IMG/VR virus record: IMGVR_UViG_2974575442_000001
Length of the DNA stretch: 64,000 nt
Source: Streptomyces virus Karimac
Lineage: Duplodnaviria; Heunggongvirae; Uroviricota; Caudoviricetes
Reading direction: 5' to 3' (one strand)
Part shown: positions 1-10,706 of the stretch, piece by piece
Position numbering within the stretch: the first letter of the stretch is position 1
Layout of the letters: each line of letters starts with the position of its first letter
The notes under the pieces: generated by a model
Told to the model about the DNA's origin: nothing
The model's database searches: none
Seen by the model: only the letters and a program-made list of their open reading frames with translations
Position numbers and translations under genes: made by a program

Positions 1-381
1 CTTAATTCTTCATTCGTCGCTGACCTGATGGAGGAGACTGACGAAGAGGGTTCAATCACTGAGAAGACGTACAAGCTAACCCGTCGTGGTTCTGGTACTG
101 ACTCAACTTACTCCCTTCGTGAAGTAAAGAACGACACGACTTTCGACTCAATCGACTTCGATAAGCTAGAGCTTTTCGATATTGAGTCTCAGGTTCTTCG
201 TAGCATTCCTTACGAGACTGACTACGAGCACCGAGTATTCAGCCAGGAGCAGTTCTACACTCAGTCTCCTGGTGACTGGAAGCGAATTTTCGCTAACGAC
301 GATGACGACAATGCTCAGCCTGCAACTGCTTCAACACAGAAGGCTGACGATGCCGCTACCTCAATTGAGGTTGGTTGGTAA
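1..381 (+). CDS. hypothetical protein, C-terminal part (frame open to window start)
   Basis: No stop between nt 1 and ATG at 28 in the same frame; acidic C-terminus; no recognisable motif. Confidence 0.35.
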   Translation, partial: LNSSFVADLMEETDEEGSITEKTYKLTRRGSGTDSTYSLREVKNDTTFDSIDFDKLELFDIESQVLRSIPYETDYEHRVFSQEQFYTQSPGDWKRIFANDDDDNAQPATASTQKADDAATSIEVGW

Positions 382-474
382 CAGATTTGCGAGTGGCCCC
401 CGAAAGGGGGCCTTCTTGCTTGACAGCTCTGATCAGGGCTGATAGTGTAGACCTACACAACAAGAAAGGTAACC

Positions 475-3400
475 ATGAACATTACTGAGCTTCACCTTCA
501 TGATTACTACTCAGCCCTTGATGGATTGAATTCCCCCGATGAGTACATGGCTCGGGCAAAGGAGCTGGGAATGACACATCTTTCTCAGACTAACCACGGA
601 ACACTGGCAGGGCATCGAGACTTCCAGCGCGCGGCGAAGGATGCAGGCATTGTGCCTATCCTTGGCGTAGAGGCTTATATCTCTGAAACTGGTCGATTCG
701 ATAAGACTGCCAAGAACAAGCGAACAGACGGTACCAGCGTCTACAATCACCTCATCATCCTTTCTCAGAATGAGACGGGACTCAAGACCCTACAGACCAT
801 TAACGAAATTGCGTGGCGCGAAGGATACTACTACAAGCCGCGTATCGACATGGAGGTTCTTGAGGAGCACAATGACGGGCTGATCGTTCTGTCCGGATGT
901 CTCAATGGTCTCATCTGCAAGGCGCTCGAAGCTGGCAACGCCGAAAAGGCAATCAAGATCGCACAGCGATTCAAGAGCATCTTTGGTGAGCGATTCTTCA
1001 TTGAGGTTCAGGCTCACAATCCTCTGGAAATGAATCAGGGTCTTCTGCACATCGCAGACTCCCTTGACATTCGGCCGGTGGTGACGAGTGACTGTCACTA
1101 TGCTCGTAAGGAAGATCTATGGATTGAAGAGGCAATGCTGATTCTCTCCACGAATCCTAAGAGCATCAAGGACGGTGAGTTCAACATGGCCAAGTCTCAG
1201 AAGATGGAAATCATGGAGAGGTTCAACTACCTCTATCCTAACCGAACGATGACGTTTCAGGAAATTGAGATCTATCTTCGATCTGCTGAGGAACAGCGCA
1301 ACGCATTCCTTGAGCAGGGTATTGATCGAACCGACATTATCACCAACACGAATCTCGTGGCAGATATGATCGGTGACTATCCTTACCACTCTGGGCTTGA
1401 TCTTCTTCCTAAGCCTAAGAATGAAGATCCACAGGCACTTCTCGAAAAGAAGGCTCGTGCTGGTCTAAAGAATCTTGGTCTTGACGGAGACAAGAAGTAC
1501 GTTGAACGTCTCGAAGAAGAACTAAGCATCATCAAGCAGAAGGATTTCTCTGTCTACTTCATCATTGTAGGCAACATGATCAAGTGGGCTAAGGATCAGG
1601 GCATTCGTGTTGGTCCTGGCCGTGGTTCTGCCGCTGGAAGCCTTGTGTGCTACACGCTGGGAATTACAGAAGTAGATCCGATCAAATGGGGCCTGCTGTT
1701 TTTCCGATTCATTGACATCGGCCGTGATGACTGGCCTGACATCGATGTTGACTTTGCTGACCGTGATCGTGATAAGGTCAAGCAGTATCTTCGTCGTCAG
1801 TACAAGCATGTGGCTGAGATTGCTACGATTAACAAGTTCCAGGGTAAGGCTGCCGTAAAGGCTGCCGCTCGTGTATTCCGAGTCCCGGTGGGAGAGGTCA
1901 ACTCTGCTACTAAGGACGTAGATGCACCTGCCGATAAGCCTGACCTGTTCTTCGATTTGTTTAGCAAGTCAGACAAGGGAAAGAAGTTCACCGAGAAGTA
2001 CCCAGAGGTTCTTGAGCTTGCTCATCACCTCAGTGGACGTATTCAGTCAATGGGTAAGCACCCTGCCGGTATCGTAGTAGCGAAGGAAGAAATTGCTCGC
2101 TACGCTCCAATCGAAACGGCAAAGGACCCCAATGATGCGAATGCACCACGACTTCCTATCGTTGCTTATGACATGAACGAGGCGGCGGACATTGGGCTGA
2201 TTAAGCTTGACGCCCTTGGTCTAAAGACTCTGACTGTTATCGATGACACCCTTGCGATGATCAAGGATCGTACTGGTAAGGAAATTGACCTTCACAGCAT
2301 CAATCTGGAAGATCGAAGCGTGTACCAAATGCTTGCAGATGGTTACACTCTTGGCGTATTCCAGGCAGAAGGAAATACCTTCACCAAGTGGATTCTTGAG
2401 GCCGGTGCTAGTGAGTTCAATGATCTAGTTATTGGCACTTCAATCGCCCGTCCTGGTCCTCTAAACACCGTTGGTGTTAACTACAAGGCTAGGAAGAAGG
2501 GTAAGGAAAAGGTCGAGTATGATCACTTCATTATGAAGAGGCATACAGAGGAAACTCTTGGTCTCATCATTTATCAGGAGCAGGTCATGCTTGCGATGAC
2601 TGAGCTTGCCGGAATGTCAATGACAGAGGCAAACAAGGTCCGTAAGATCATCGGTAAGAAGCGTGACGCAAAGGAATTCGAGCAGTACAAGGACAAGTTC
2701 ATTGAAGGAGCCAGCACGAAGGTTCATCGAGCTGTAGCTGAGAAGCTATGGCACGACTTCGAGCAGCACGCAGGCTACTCATTTAACAAGTCTCACGCGG
2801 TTGTATACTCTATGATCACGTACTGGACTGCTTGGTTGAAGAAGCATTATCCTCTGGAGTTCATGTGCGCTCTGCTCAGGAACGAAAAGGACACAAGCAA
2901 GAAGACTTCAAAGCTGACTGACTATCTGATTGAGGCAAAGCGTCTGGGGATCAAGATCCTTCTTCCTCACGTGAACGCTTCTAAGGAGGAGTTCAGCATT
3001 GAAGAAAACGCGATCAGGTTCGGTATCACCAACGTAAAGTACATTCGTGGAAACACGGGTAAGAGGCTTCTGGAGCATGCTCCGTACGCCAACTACGCGG
3101 CACTCTACGAAAAGGTCAATGAGAAGGGCAGTGGACTAACGTCCCGAGTCCTCACAGCCTTGAACGCTATTGGTGGAGCTGCATTCGAGGACAATCCTCG
3201 TACCGGACATGAGCGCGACAACTTCTACGAATATCTGATGATTCCTGCATTCGGAACTCAGAAGGTAATTCCTAGGGTCATGAATCAGTTCAGAACTTTG
3301 GACGAATATTCTGGCACTGGAGCCTTCCCAGTTCTCGCAATGGTCAAGGACGTTCGTAGGGGCGAAGGCTGGGCGCGGGTGGAAATGGTTGATGAAACGG

Positions 3401-3795
3401 GTACGGCTGGTGTGTTCACCGATAAGGAAACTCCTATCGAAGCAGGCCAGATGTATGCTATCCTGGTATCTGACAACCGAGTCCACAGGTATGCTACGAT
3501 GGATGAGCTGATCGGCAAGATCGACACTCCGTTTGTCGAGTATCTGTATGCGAAGGACTACAGTGATATTCCTGCGGGAATGTACAAGGTTCTTAGCTTC
3601 ATGCCATACAAGACAAAGGCAGGAAAGATGATGGCCTACACCATCTTGGCAGATTCTGAAAAGGCTCTGCTTCCGGTTATGGCTTTCCCGACTACGTTCC
3701 ACAAGGCTTATGGCAAGTGCAAGCCTGGCGCAGTCATCGATCCTGTATTGAAGCAGACCCAAGAGGGCTCATTCTTCTACGACAACATTCTCTAG
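475..3795 (+). CDS. dnaE: DNA polymerase III alpha subunit (DnaE-family replicative polymerase)
   Basis: 1106 aa; N-terminal PHP-domain motif HLHDYYSALDG; conserved polymerase core block GPGRGSAAGSLVCYTLGITEVDP; purine-rich RBS before ATG 475. Confidence 0.85.
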   Translation: MNITELHLHDYYSALDGLNSPDEYMARAKELGMTHLSQTNHGTLAGHRDFQRAAKDAGIVPILGVEAYISETGRFDKTAKNKRTDGTSVYNHLIILSQNETGLKTLQTINEIAWREGYYYKPRIDMEVLEEHNDGLIVLSGCLNGLICKALEAGNAEKAIKIAQRFKSIFGERFFIEVQAHNPLEMNQGLLHIADSLDIRPVVTSDCHYARKEDLWIEEAMLILSTNPKSIKDGEFNMAKSQKMEIMERFNYLYPNRTMTFQEIEIYLRSAEEQRNAFLEQGIDRTDIITNTNLVADMIGDYPYHSGLDLLPKPKNEDPQALLEKKARAGLKNLGLDGDKKYVERLEEELSIIKQKDFSVYFIIVGNMIKWAKDQGIRVGPGRGSAAGSLVCYTLGITEVDPIKWGLLFFRFIDIGRDDWPDIDVDFADRDRDKVKQYLRRQYKHVAEIATINKFQGKAAVKAAARVFRVPVGEVNSATKDVDAPADKPDLFFDLFSKSDKGKKFTEKYPEVLELAHHLSGRIQSMGKHPAGIVVAKEEIARYAPIETAKDPNDANAPRLPIVAYDMNEAADIGLIKLDALGLKTLTVIDDTLAMIKDRTGKEIDLHSINLEDRSVYQMLADGYTLGVFQAEGNTFTKWILEAGASEFNDLVIGTSIARPGPLNTVGVNYKARKKGKEKVEYDHFIMKRHTEETLGLIIYQEQVMLAMTELAGMSMTEANKVRKIIGKKRDAKEFEQYKDKFIEGASTKVHRAVAEKLWHDFEQHAGYSFNKSHAVVYSMITYWTAWLKKHYPLEFMCALLRNEKDTSKKTSKLTDYLIEAKRLGIKILLPHVNASKEEFSIEENAIRFGITNVKYIRGNTGKRLLEHAPYANYAALYEKVNEKGSGLTSRVLTALNAIGGAAFEDNPRTGHERDNFYEYLMIPAFGTQKVIPRVMNQFRTLDEYSGTGAFPVLAMVKDVRRGEGWARVEMVDETGTAGVFTDKETPIEAGQMYAILVSDNRVHRYATMDELIGKIDTPFVEYLYAKDYSDIPAGMYKVLSFMPYKTKAGKMMAYTILADSEKALLPVMAFPTTFHKAYGKCKPGAVIDPVLKQTQEGSFFYDNIL

Positions 3796-3968
3796 GAGTA
3801 AGATGGAAGAGGCAGTGAAGGCGGAGGATCTTCTCCGCCTCCTGCTCCTTGCAAAGGGTGATATTGTAATCACCGCAGAGGAGCTGGAAAGAGCGGTTAA
3901 TGACCGCACGCGTTATTCAGTGGGTCTAAGTCATGACCCGCTCAAGAAAGAATTCACATTTCACCTGA

Positions 3969-4328
3969 TTGGAAACGATGAACGACCTGTCACTGACTGA
4001 TTACCAAGTCACTACGATGACCACCGCTATTTATCCCGGAGCTGGAAGCGGTGAGTTTGAGGCGCTGAATTACTGCCTTGTCGGCATGGCTGGCGAAGTA
4101 GGCGAGATCATGAATAAGTGGGGCAAGGTAATCCGGGACCAGAACTCAGAGCTGACTGCTGAGCAGTCAAAGGATATGGCCAAGGAAATTGGCGACGTTC
4201 TATGGTTTTCTGTCCGGGCTGTAGATGAGCTTGGCTTCTCTGTTGAGGAAATTTTAAAGCAGAATCTACAGAAGCTAAAGTCTCGGCAGGCTCGTGGGGT
4301 TCTCTCAGGTAGTGGCGACAACCGCTAA
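3969..4328 (+). CDS. MazG-like NTP pyrophosphohydrolase
   Basis: 119 aa all-alpha protein with MazG-type EVGEI...W and ELGDVLW motifs. Confidence 0.5.
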   Translation: METMNDLSLTDYQVTTMTTAIYPGAGSGEFEALNYCLVGMAGEVGEIMNKWGKVIRDQNSELTAEQSKDMAKEIGDVLWFSVRAVDELGFSVEEILKQNLQKLKSRQARGVLSGSGDNR

Positions 4329-4492
4329 GAGCTGATATACTGGCTTCATGAGCACAGAAGCATATTTCCTCCGGGGAGTCGAAGAAGAACACCTATTGGT
4401 ATTCCGAGGCGATGACCCGGAGGAAATTTTGTTTATCATCAAGCGGTTGGCCGCCTGCCGCGATAAGAAAATAAAGGCAATGGCAGAAAAAC

Positions 4493-5524
4493 TTGAAGAG
4501 GAATGGAACCAAAGAGAATATGGAAATCGAAGAGGAGATCCTAGCAAAGCTAAGCCCCAAGGTGCTGGCAAGGGCGAAGATGGGCTCAGAAGTAATTCTT
4601 CAAAAGCAGCCGACTCCAAGCACCGGACTTAATGCCGCATTGCGTGGTGGTATCGGCTACGGCCGTCAGACGCTAATCTGGGGCAGTAAGTCAGCCGGTA
4701 AGTCAACGTTCTGCCTAGGAACACTTGGTCTAGCGCAGGCTGCTGGCAAGAAGGTAGCGTTTATCGATTCAGAGCAGTCATTCGACCCTTCCTGGGCAGA
4801 AAGACTGGGAGTCGATACAAGAAAGCTGATCTACACAGACGTTAAGACGATTGAGGATATGGTCGGAGCCGGTGTCGAATTCATGAAGGCTGGCATCGAT
4901 GTAGTGACAGTAGACTCAATTTCAGCACTTCTTTCTTCTGCATACTTTGAGAAGGACAAGAAGGGTGACGAACTAAAGGATCTTAGCGGAACTAAGCAGA
5001 TTGGTTCTGAGGCTCGTGAGCTTGCCAATGGCGTTAAGATGCTTAACTACGCCAACAAGAATACAGCACTCCTGTTGATCTCACAGGTTCGTAACAAGAT
5101 TACGACTTATGGAGCTATGCATCAGGCGACTGGTGGACACGCTGTTGACTTCTTTAGCAGCACCGTCATTAAGCTTTGGTCATCTGCTCGTGAGGCTGAT
5201 CAGATTCAGGGAGAGGTTTACAATGGAGACATGATCCTTAAGGAGCCTATTGGTCGTGAGGTTACTTGGAGTATTGACAAGAATAAGCTAGGTCCACCAA
5301 ACAAGACTGGAAGTTACAATCTATTCTACGATGGTTCCTTCATCGGAATCGACAATCTTGGCGAAGCAATCGATCTCGCAATCGCTCTGGGAATTGTAGA
5401 AAAGAAGGGCAACTGGCTTTACTACCAGGACATTAAGGAAAACGGCAAGGCCGGATTCACGGCTGTCCTACGTGCAAGTGAGGAGCTATCCACCAAGCTG
5501 ATTGGGGAGGTGGAAAGTGCATAA
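4493..5524 (+). CDS. RecA-superfamily recombinase (RadA/Sak4/UvsX-like)
   Basis: Walker A GSKSAGKST; Walker B-like VVTVDSIS; start uncertain (alternative ATG near 4520). Confidence 0.6.
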   Translation: MKRNGTKENMEIEEEILAKLSPKVLARAKMGSEVILQKQPTPSTGLNAALRGGIGYGRQTLIWGSKSAGKSTFCLGTLGLAQAAGKKVAFIDSEQSFDPSWAERLGVDTRKLIYTDVKTIEDMVGAGVEFMKAGIDVVTVDSISALLSSAYFEKDKKGDELKDLSGTKQIGSEARELANGVKMLNYANKNTALLLISQVRNKITTYGAMHQATGGHAVDFFSSTVIKLWSSAREADQIQGEVYNGDMILKEPIGREVTWSIDKNKLGPPNKTGSYNLFYDGSFIGIDNLGEAIDLAIALGIVEKKGNWLYYQDIKENGKAGFTAVLRASEELSTKLIGEVESA

Positions 5525-6735
5525 TCCTTTCGAAGAAAACCCGGCGCAAGAGAAGCCAATTCAACCAGGCATCCTGATTGATGGAAGCTTCTCTTGTATG
5601 ACCTGTGGTGAAGTAGTTGATGAAGCGGAGTATTTGCCAGTCGATAAGATTCTCGGCTGGCTCTGCTCAGAAGGGCATAAGTCCTTGATTGAGAACTTTA
5701 ATCTAGGAGCGTAATGACAGAGCTAAACGAAATCAAGAGAGACGGCGGAAAGGCTCAAAAGAATTCCGGCCGTGGAAAGATTCAAAAGGGTGACGCGAAG
5801 CTAGGTCCATTCTGTTATGACATCAAGGAGTACGCTAATTCCTTTAGTGTCTCTAAGGATGTCTGGGGGAAGGTTTGCACAGATGCCTTCCGATCTGGTA
5901 GGATGGTACCGGCACTCAAGCTAGTTCTAGGAGCTGGCGACGAAAAGACCCGAGTGTGGGTTATTGGAGACAACATGTTCCATGAGATGCTAGAAGCCTG
6001 GGAGGAAAAATATGGTGAATCTGACGAGGATTGAGTTCATCCGTCGTGATAATGGCGGCTGGATGGTTTATGAGAAGTTTGAAGATGGAGCCGAACAGGG
6101 TGGCCCGGTGGGTTACGAAGAGGCTCGTCAGCTTCTTGCAGCCGCTTTTGGCGAAGATGAACATGGACCATTCACAATGGACCTAGTAAAGGAATCAAAT
6201 GAAGCTAATAATCACGGTTCCTGAGCAAGTATTCGAATACGACATTCCAGATTATGTAGCTGAGCGCTATCGAGAAATGATGGCCGAACCCCATGAAGAA
6301 TGGGAAGAGACAGACTTCTGGGATACTTGGTCATCTGATACGTGGCCAGAGACATATTTGGAGGTAGTTGATGACGACTGAGGAAAATCCTCTAGTCCTC
6401 ATTTCAAGAATTTCAGAGTTCCAAGAAGTTCATGAATTCATGGACGACGAAGATCTTGACAGAGCGCTTCACTATGTGATCAAGTTGATGATGAAGCCGG
6501 ACGTAAAAAACCCGGTGGCAGCACAGCAGCTCATCATTCAGCTACAAGCATATGCAGCTAAGTTCGCCATGATGGCCACGATCTATTCAACAATCAAGAA
6601 GGATCGTGGCGGAACAACAAATGGAATGAAGAAGAACATCTACTACACAGCGGCAGCCGAACTAGACAAGGTTGTCCAGTCCTTGAAGTATTCATTCAAG
6701 ACTCAAGTATGATACAATGATATTCGCGAAGAGAA

Positions 6736-7518
6736 ATGGATACTATGTCTACAGGACTAATTAAAACAGTACGGCTAGGAAAGAAGCTGTCTTTCGACAC
6801 TAAGAAGTTTCTTTCTATCGTTGAGCAGGCTTATGTCAACTCACGGCCGAAGAGTAAGTATTCCAAGAAGGTTTCCTTTTCTCCATCTTCTGTAGGCTAT
6901 GGTGCCGGTACTTGTCCAAGGTATTGGTACCTAGCCTTTACAGGTGGAGAATTTGAGAACACCTTCGACGGACTAAGTGTCGCCAATATGGCTAATGGTA
7001 CAGCAGCTCATGATCGAATCGAAAAGCTATTTGCTGATGCTGGTGTACTAGAAGAAGCAGAGCGTGAAATCACACATCAGAATCCCCCAATCAGGGGATT
7101 TGTTGATGTTATCGTGAACTTTGAAGGAAAGCGTGTGGTTGGTGAGTTCAAGACAACTCGCCAGGAATCTTACGTTCATCGTGAGTCAACTGGAACAGCC
7201 ATCGATTACCACAAGGTTCAGGTCCTTATTTATATGCGTGTCCTCGGTCTAGACGAGGGATTTGTTCTTTACGAGAACAAGAACACGCAGGAACTCTTCC
7301 TTGTCCCTGTCATCATGGATGAGACGAATTCAGAATATACGGACTACATCTTCAACTGGATGAACGAAGTTCGAAAGCTGTGGGAAGAAGACAAGCTTCC
7401 GACACGACCATTCAGTCAGAAGAATAAGGCATGCAAGTCATGCGCGCTATTCAATCTGTGTTGGAACGAATCTCCAGAGGGCGACATTACTAAAGCACCA
7501 TTGGAGGTGAAGAAGTAA
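6736..7518 (+). CDS. Cas4-like PD-(D/E)XK exonuclease with Fe-S cysteines
   Basis: N-terminal Cys (GTCPRYWYL); nuclease core VDVIVNFE...GEFKT; C-terminal CKSCALFNLC cysteine cluster. Confidence 0.6.
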   Translation: MDTMSTGLIKTVRLGKKLSFDTKKFLSIVEQAYVNSRPKSKYSKKVSFSPSSVGYGAGTCPRYWYLAFTGGEFENTFDGLSVANMANGTAAHDRIEKLFADAGVLEEAEREITHQNPPIRGFVDVIVNFEGKRVVGEFKTTRQESYVHRESTGTAIDYHKVQVLIYMRVLGLDEGFVLYENKNTQELFLVPVIMDETNSEYTDYIFNWMNEVRKLWEEDKLPTRPFSQKNKACKSCALFNLCWNESPEGDITKAPLEVKK

Positions 7519-7800
7519 TTGATTTGCGCCTATGGAGAATGCGGCAACATGTTTGAGCCCAAGACTCATAATCAGAAGTTTTGTAGCTCAGCATGTTGCC
7601 GTAAGGCGACCAACGCACGAATTATGGAAAAGTATTATGCCAGACGTGATCGCAAGAGAGGGAAAGTGCGAACATGTTCTGAGTGCCCGACCGTTCTTTC
7701 AAGATATAATGGCTCAGAAAAGTGCGAAAGTTGCCAGGGAAAAACGCGGCGGGATGAGAGAGCCGAACTTTTGGAGTTGATTGGTAGTGCCTCTTTCTGA
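7519..7800 (+). CDS. zinc-ribbon protein
   Basis: 93 aa with several CxxC pairs. Confidence 0.35.
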   Translation: MICAYGECGNMFEPKTHNQKFCSSACCRKATNARIMEKYYARRDRKRGKVRTCSECPTVLSRYNGSEKCESCQGKTRRDERAELLELIGSASF

Positions 7801-7828
7801 CCTTCACAAGACGAAGGCTCAGAAGGTA

Positions 7829-8356
7829 ATGGGTATCGACTGCTCAACTAAGTCTATTGCATTCACAATCTTCGACGGAGAGAACTTCTACAGATGTGGA
7901 GAGGTTAACTTCACAGGTTCAACAGTTTTTGAGAGAACTTATGACGCTCACGTAAAGACTTTAGCACTATTCGAAGAGTTCACTCCTGACTTTGTGGCAA
8001 TCGAAGCGGCGATTATGGTTCGAAGCACATCAGTAGCTATCAAGATGGCTTATGTGTTTGGTGCAGTAATCGCAGCTTTGCTCAAGAATGGAGCGACAGT
8101 AATTGAAGTTCCTCCTATGAGCTGGCAGTCATTTATTGGAAACAAGATTTTGACTAAGGCTGAGAAGGATGCGATTAAGGCTGAGTTCCCTGGGAAGTCT
8201 GCAAGTTGGTATCAGAATAAGGGCAGACAGATCAGGAAGCAGCGAACCATCACCTTTGCCAAGGATAAATTTGGCATTGAGCTGACAAGCGATAACGTGG
8301 CTGACTCACTGGGAATTGGCTGGTGGGCAGTACAGAACAAAACTAGAAGGAGCTAA
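7829..8356 (+). CDS. RuvC-like Holliday junction resolvase
   Basis: N-terminal MGIDCSTKS catalytic-Asp motif typical of RuvC/A22-type resolvases; alternative upstream start at 7781. Confidence 0.55.
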   Translation: MGIDCSTKSIAFTIFDGENFYRCGEVNFTGSTVFERTYDAHVKTLALFEEFTPDFVAIEAAIMVRSTSVAIKMAYVFGAVIAALLKNGATVIEVPPMSWQSFIGNKILTKAEKDAIKAEFPGKSASWYQNKGRQIRKQRTITFAKDKFGIELTSDNVADSLGIGWWAVQNKTRRS

Positions 8357-8357
8357 C

Positions 8358-8822
8358 ATGATAGTAGCGGGAACTGGACATCGAGATCTGAGGGACCGTG
8401 ACTGGATTGCTGGCCAAATGGAGAAGGCCCTCATTGATATGGGGGCCTCTCTTGTTTACGTCGGCATGGCCTCTGGAGCTGATCTCCTAATGGCGAAAAT
8501 CTCTTGGGGTCTAGGTATTCCATTCATTGCTGCAAAGCCCTGGAGGGGCCACAAGCCTCGCCTGGCAGATGAATATGACTATGGTCGAGCCCTGCACTAC
8601 GCAGAAGAGGTTGTCAATGTTACCAACTATGACAGCTATCCTGGTGCATGGGTGTACGAGGAGCGAAACCGATACATGGTTGACAACGGTGATGCCTATC
8701 TGGCAGTATTGGAAGCCGGTAGGACTGGCGGAACGTACAATTGTGTTAAGTACGCATCTCGCAAGGGGAAGCCAGGAATTGTCATTGATCCACTTATGAG
8801 GGAGGTGACGAAGCTTGGCTAA
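8358..8822 (+). CDS. SLOG/DprA-like Rossmann-fold nucleotide-binding protein (YspA/DUF1273-like)
   Basis: GTGHRDL and GMASGADL motifs; RBS gaaggag before ATG 8358. Confidence 0.45.
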   Translation: MIVAGTGHRDLRDRDWIAGQMEKALIDMGASLVYVGMASGADLLMAKISWGLGIPFIAAKPWRGHKPRLADEYDYGRALHYAEEVVNVTNYDSYPGAWVYEERNRYMVDNGDAYLAVLEAGRTGGTYNCVKYASRKGKPGIVIDPLMREVTKLG

Positions 8823-8960
8823 GCTATATGAGAGCAAGGCGTGGTTGCAGGAGAGATACCGAACAATGAATGCGGCTCAAATCGCAAAGATTTGTGGAGT
8901 TTCTGAAATGACGATCACTCGATGGCTCGGAAAACACAATATTCCAATCAGGAGGAGCCG

Positions 8961-9752
8961 ATGAGATATAATTCTCGTCAAGAAGTCGAACGTGCTGGAG
9001 AGCGCGGCGCAAAGAGTGAGACAGATGAGTATGGCACTCGTTACTGGATGCTAGATAGCTTCTGGATGTATGCAGAGGACGACGATTACGCCATGACTCC
9101 GCATTTTGCTGCGGGCCGGTGCTATTGGGAATCCTGGGTTACTGCATACATTTCACAAAGAGTAGAACCAGACGCAGTATTCGTGGACGTTGGTGCCAAT
9201 CTCGGCTACTACTCCTTGTGGGCCGCTACACATGGATGCAACGTATTTGCTTTTGAGCCAAATCAAGATTTGTGGATGAGGCTTTACCACGCAAAGAGAC
9301 TGAATGGTGCAAAGATCTACCAGGGCCATGTGGCTCTTGGAGATAGCTGGGAACCAACGGAAAGAATTCTTTACATTCCAGAGGGTCATTCTGGCGGAGC
9401 AAATATGTATGGAGCTTCTGGCAACTATACAATGCAGCACATGTACGTCCAGAGTTTTGACAATGCGGTTCCGATTCCACGAGATTATGATGGAACCATT
9501 TACGTAAAGATTGATGCAGAAGGTGCGGAGCCAGAGATTTTCGCTGGTATGAAGTGGTGCTGGAAGCAGAGATCAATGGTTCTATTCATGGAGTGGGACA
9601 TCAGCAGATACGATAAGTCATTTGGCGAGAAGCTTCTTGACAGTGGTAAGGTTAGCCTGATAGAGTACGATGGTACAGCCAGGGAGCTGGATCTTGATGG
9701 CCTACTTAGCCTAAAGGAACTACGAATGATTGTGGTGGAAAACAACAAGTGA
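8961..9752 (+). CDS. FkbM-family SAM-dependent methyltransferase
   Basis: VDVGANLGYYS SAM-binding motif; RBS aggagg 6 nt before ATG 8961. Confidence 0.55.
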   Translation: MRYNSRQEVERAGERGAKSETDEYGTRYWMLDSFWMYAEDDDYAMTPHFAAGRCYWESWVTAYISQRVEPDAVFVDVGANLGYYSLWAATHGCNVFAFEPNQDLWMRLYHAKRLNGAKIYQGHVALGDSWEPTERILYIPEGHSGGANMYGASGNYTMQHMYVQSFDNAVPIPRDYDGTIYVKIDAEGAEPEIFAGMKWCWKQRSMVLFMEWDISRYDKSFGEKLLDSGKVSLIEYDGTARELDLDGLLSLKELRMIVVENNK

Positions 9753-10372
9753 TTAAGATCGGAATGACCGGTGCTCAGGGCACTGGAAAGACATCAATGG
9801 CTCAGGCCATGATAAACAGCCCGGCGTTCAAGGATTTCGTCCTTGTTCCATCAACAGCTAGACAGATCAAGGACTATGGTTACCCAATTAATCGGGAAGC
9901 AACAGAGCTAAGTCAACTCCTTGTTCCAGCTCTTAGAATGGTTGATGAATGGGAAACCATGAACAGCCCACAGAATACTCTGTACAAGCAGGGAATCATC
10001 TCTGACAGAACTCTGATCGACTCACTAGCCTACACCTATTACCAAAATGAGCATGTCTGGGAGAATGGTGCACTAGTCGAGAATGTTACCAGACGATTGA
10101 CAGAGATGCACATGCAGTCTTACCATTTCGTACTATATTTCCCGGTGTATTGGGAGGCAGAGGACGATGGTGTAAGGGATGCTGACGAATCATATAGAAC
10201 GAGAATCGATGACTATGTGATTCAAGCGCTAGAAATGCTAAACGTTCCCTATCTGACAGTTCCAGATGTTTCACCAGAAGAACGAGTTGAATGGTTCATC
10301 AGTGAGATTCAGGAACTATACGCAGAAGCAGAGAGGCAGTATCTACGCCGTTTCGGCAACGATCTGCTATAA
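9749..10372 (+). CDS. P-loop ATPase (NadR C-terminal domain-like)
   Basis: Walker A GAQGTGKTS; start overlaps previous stop (ATGA). Confidence 0.45.
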   Translation: MIKIGMTGAQGTGKTSMAQAMINSPAFKDFVLVPSTARQIKDYGYPINREATELSQLLVPALRMVDEWETMNSPQNTLYKQGIISDRTLIDSLAYTYYQNEHVWENGALVENVTRRLTEMHMQSYHFVLYFPVYWEAEDDGVRDADESYRTRIDDYVIQALEMLNVPYLTVPDVSPEERVEWFISEIQELYAEAERQYLRRFGNDLL

Positions 10373-10706
10373 TAATCTTGAAAGCGAGGAGATATGGGAA
10401 CACCTACTAGAAGACGTTCCAAGGCTAAGAACCCTGACGCATGGTGGCAGCAAGCTTACCTTGGAATTGATCATATCGTTCCCGCGTACGAATTCGAACT
10501 TGATGGAGAAATGATTCTGCCAAAGGCGCTCATCAAGTTCAAGAACACGCGAGGCACTTATAAGTTTCGATGCGTTGCCACAAACATAAAGACTGGAAAG
10601 ACCTGGATTGACTGCATTAATGCGGACACTGGTGAATGGAAGTCTTTCTATGTGGAGCGACTAAAGGGACTGGTAAAGCCTAAGCGTTCACGCAGAAGGA
10701 GAAAGG

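Noticed and set aside
511-3762. Minus-strand ORFs nested inside the DNA polymerase gene (511-750, 790-1098, 1117-1389, 3136-3762, etc.)
   Set aside because: Fully embedded antisense to a well-supported large gene; no independent signals.
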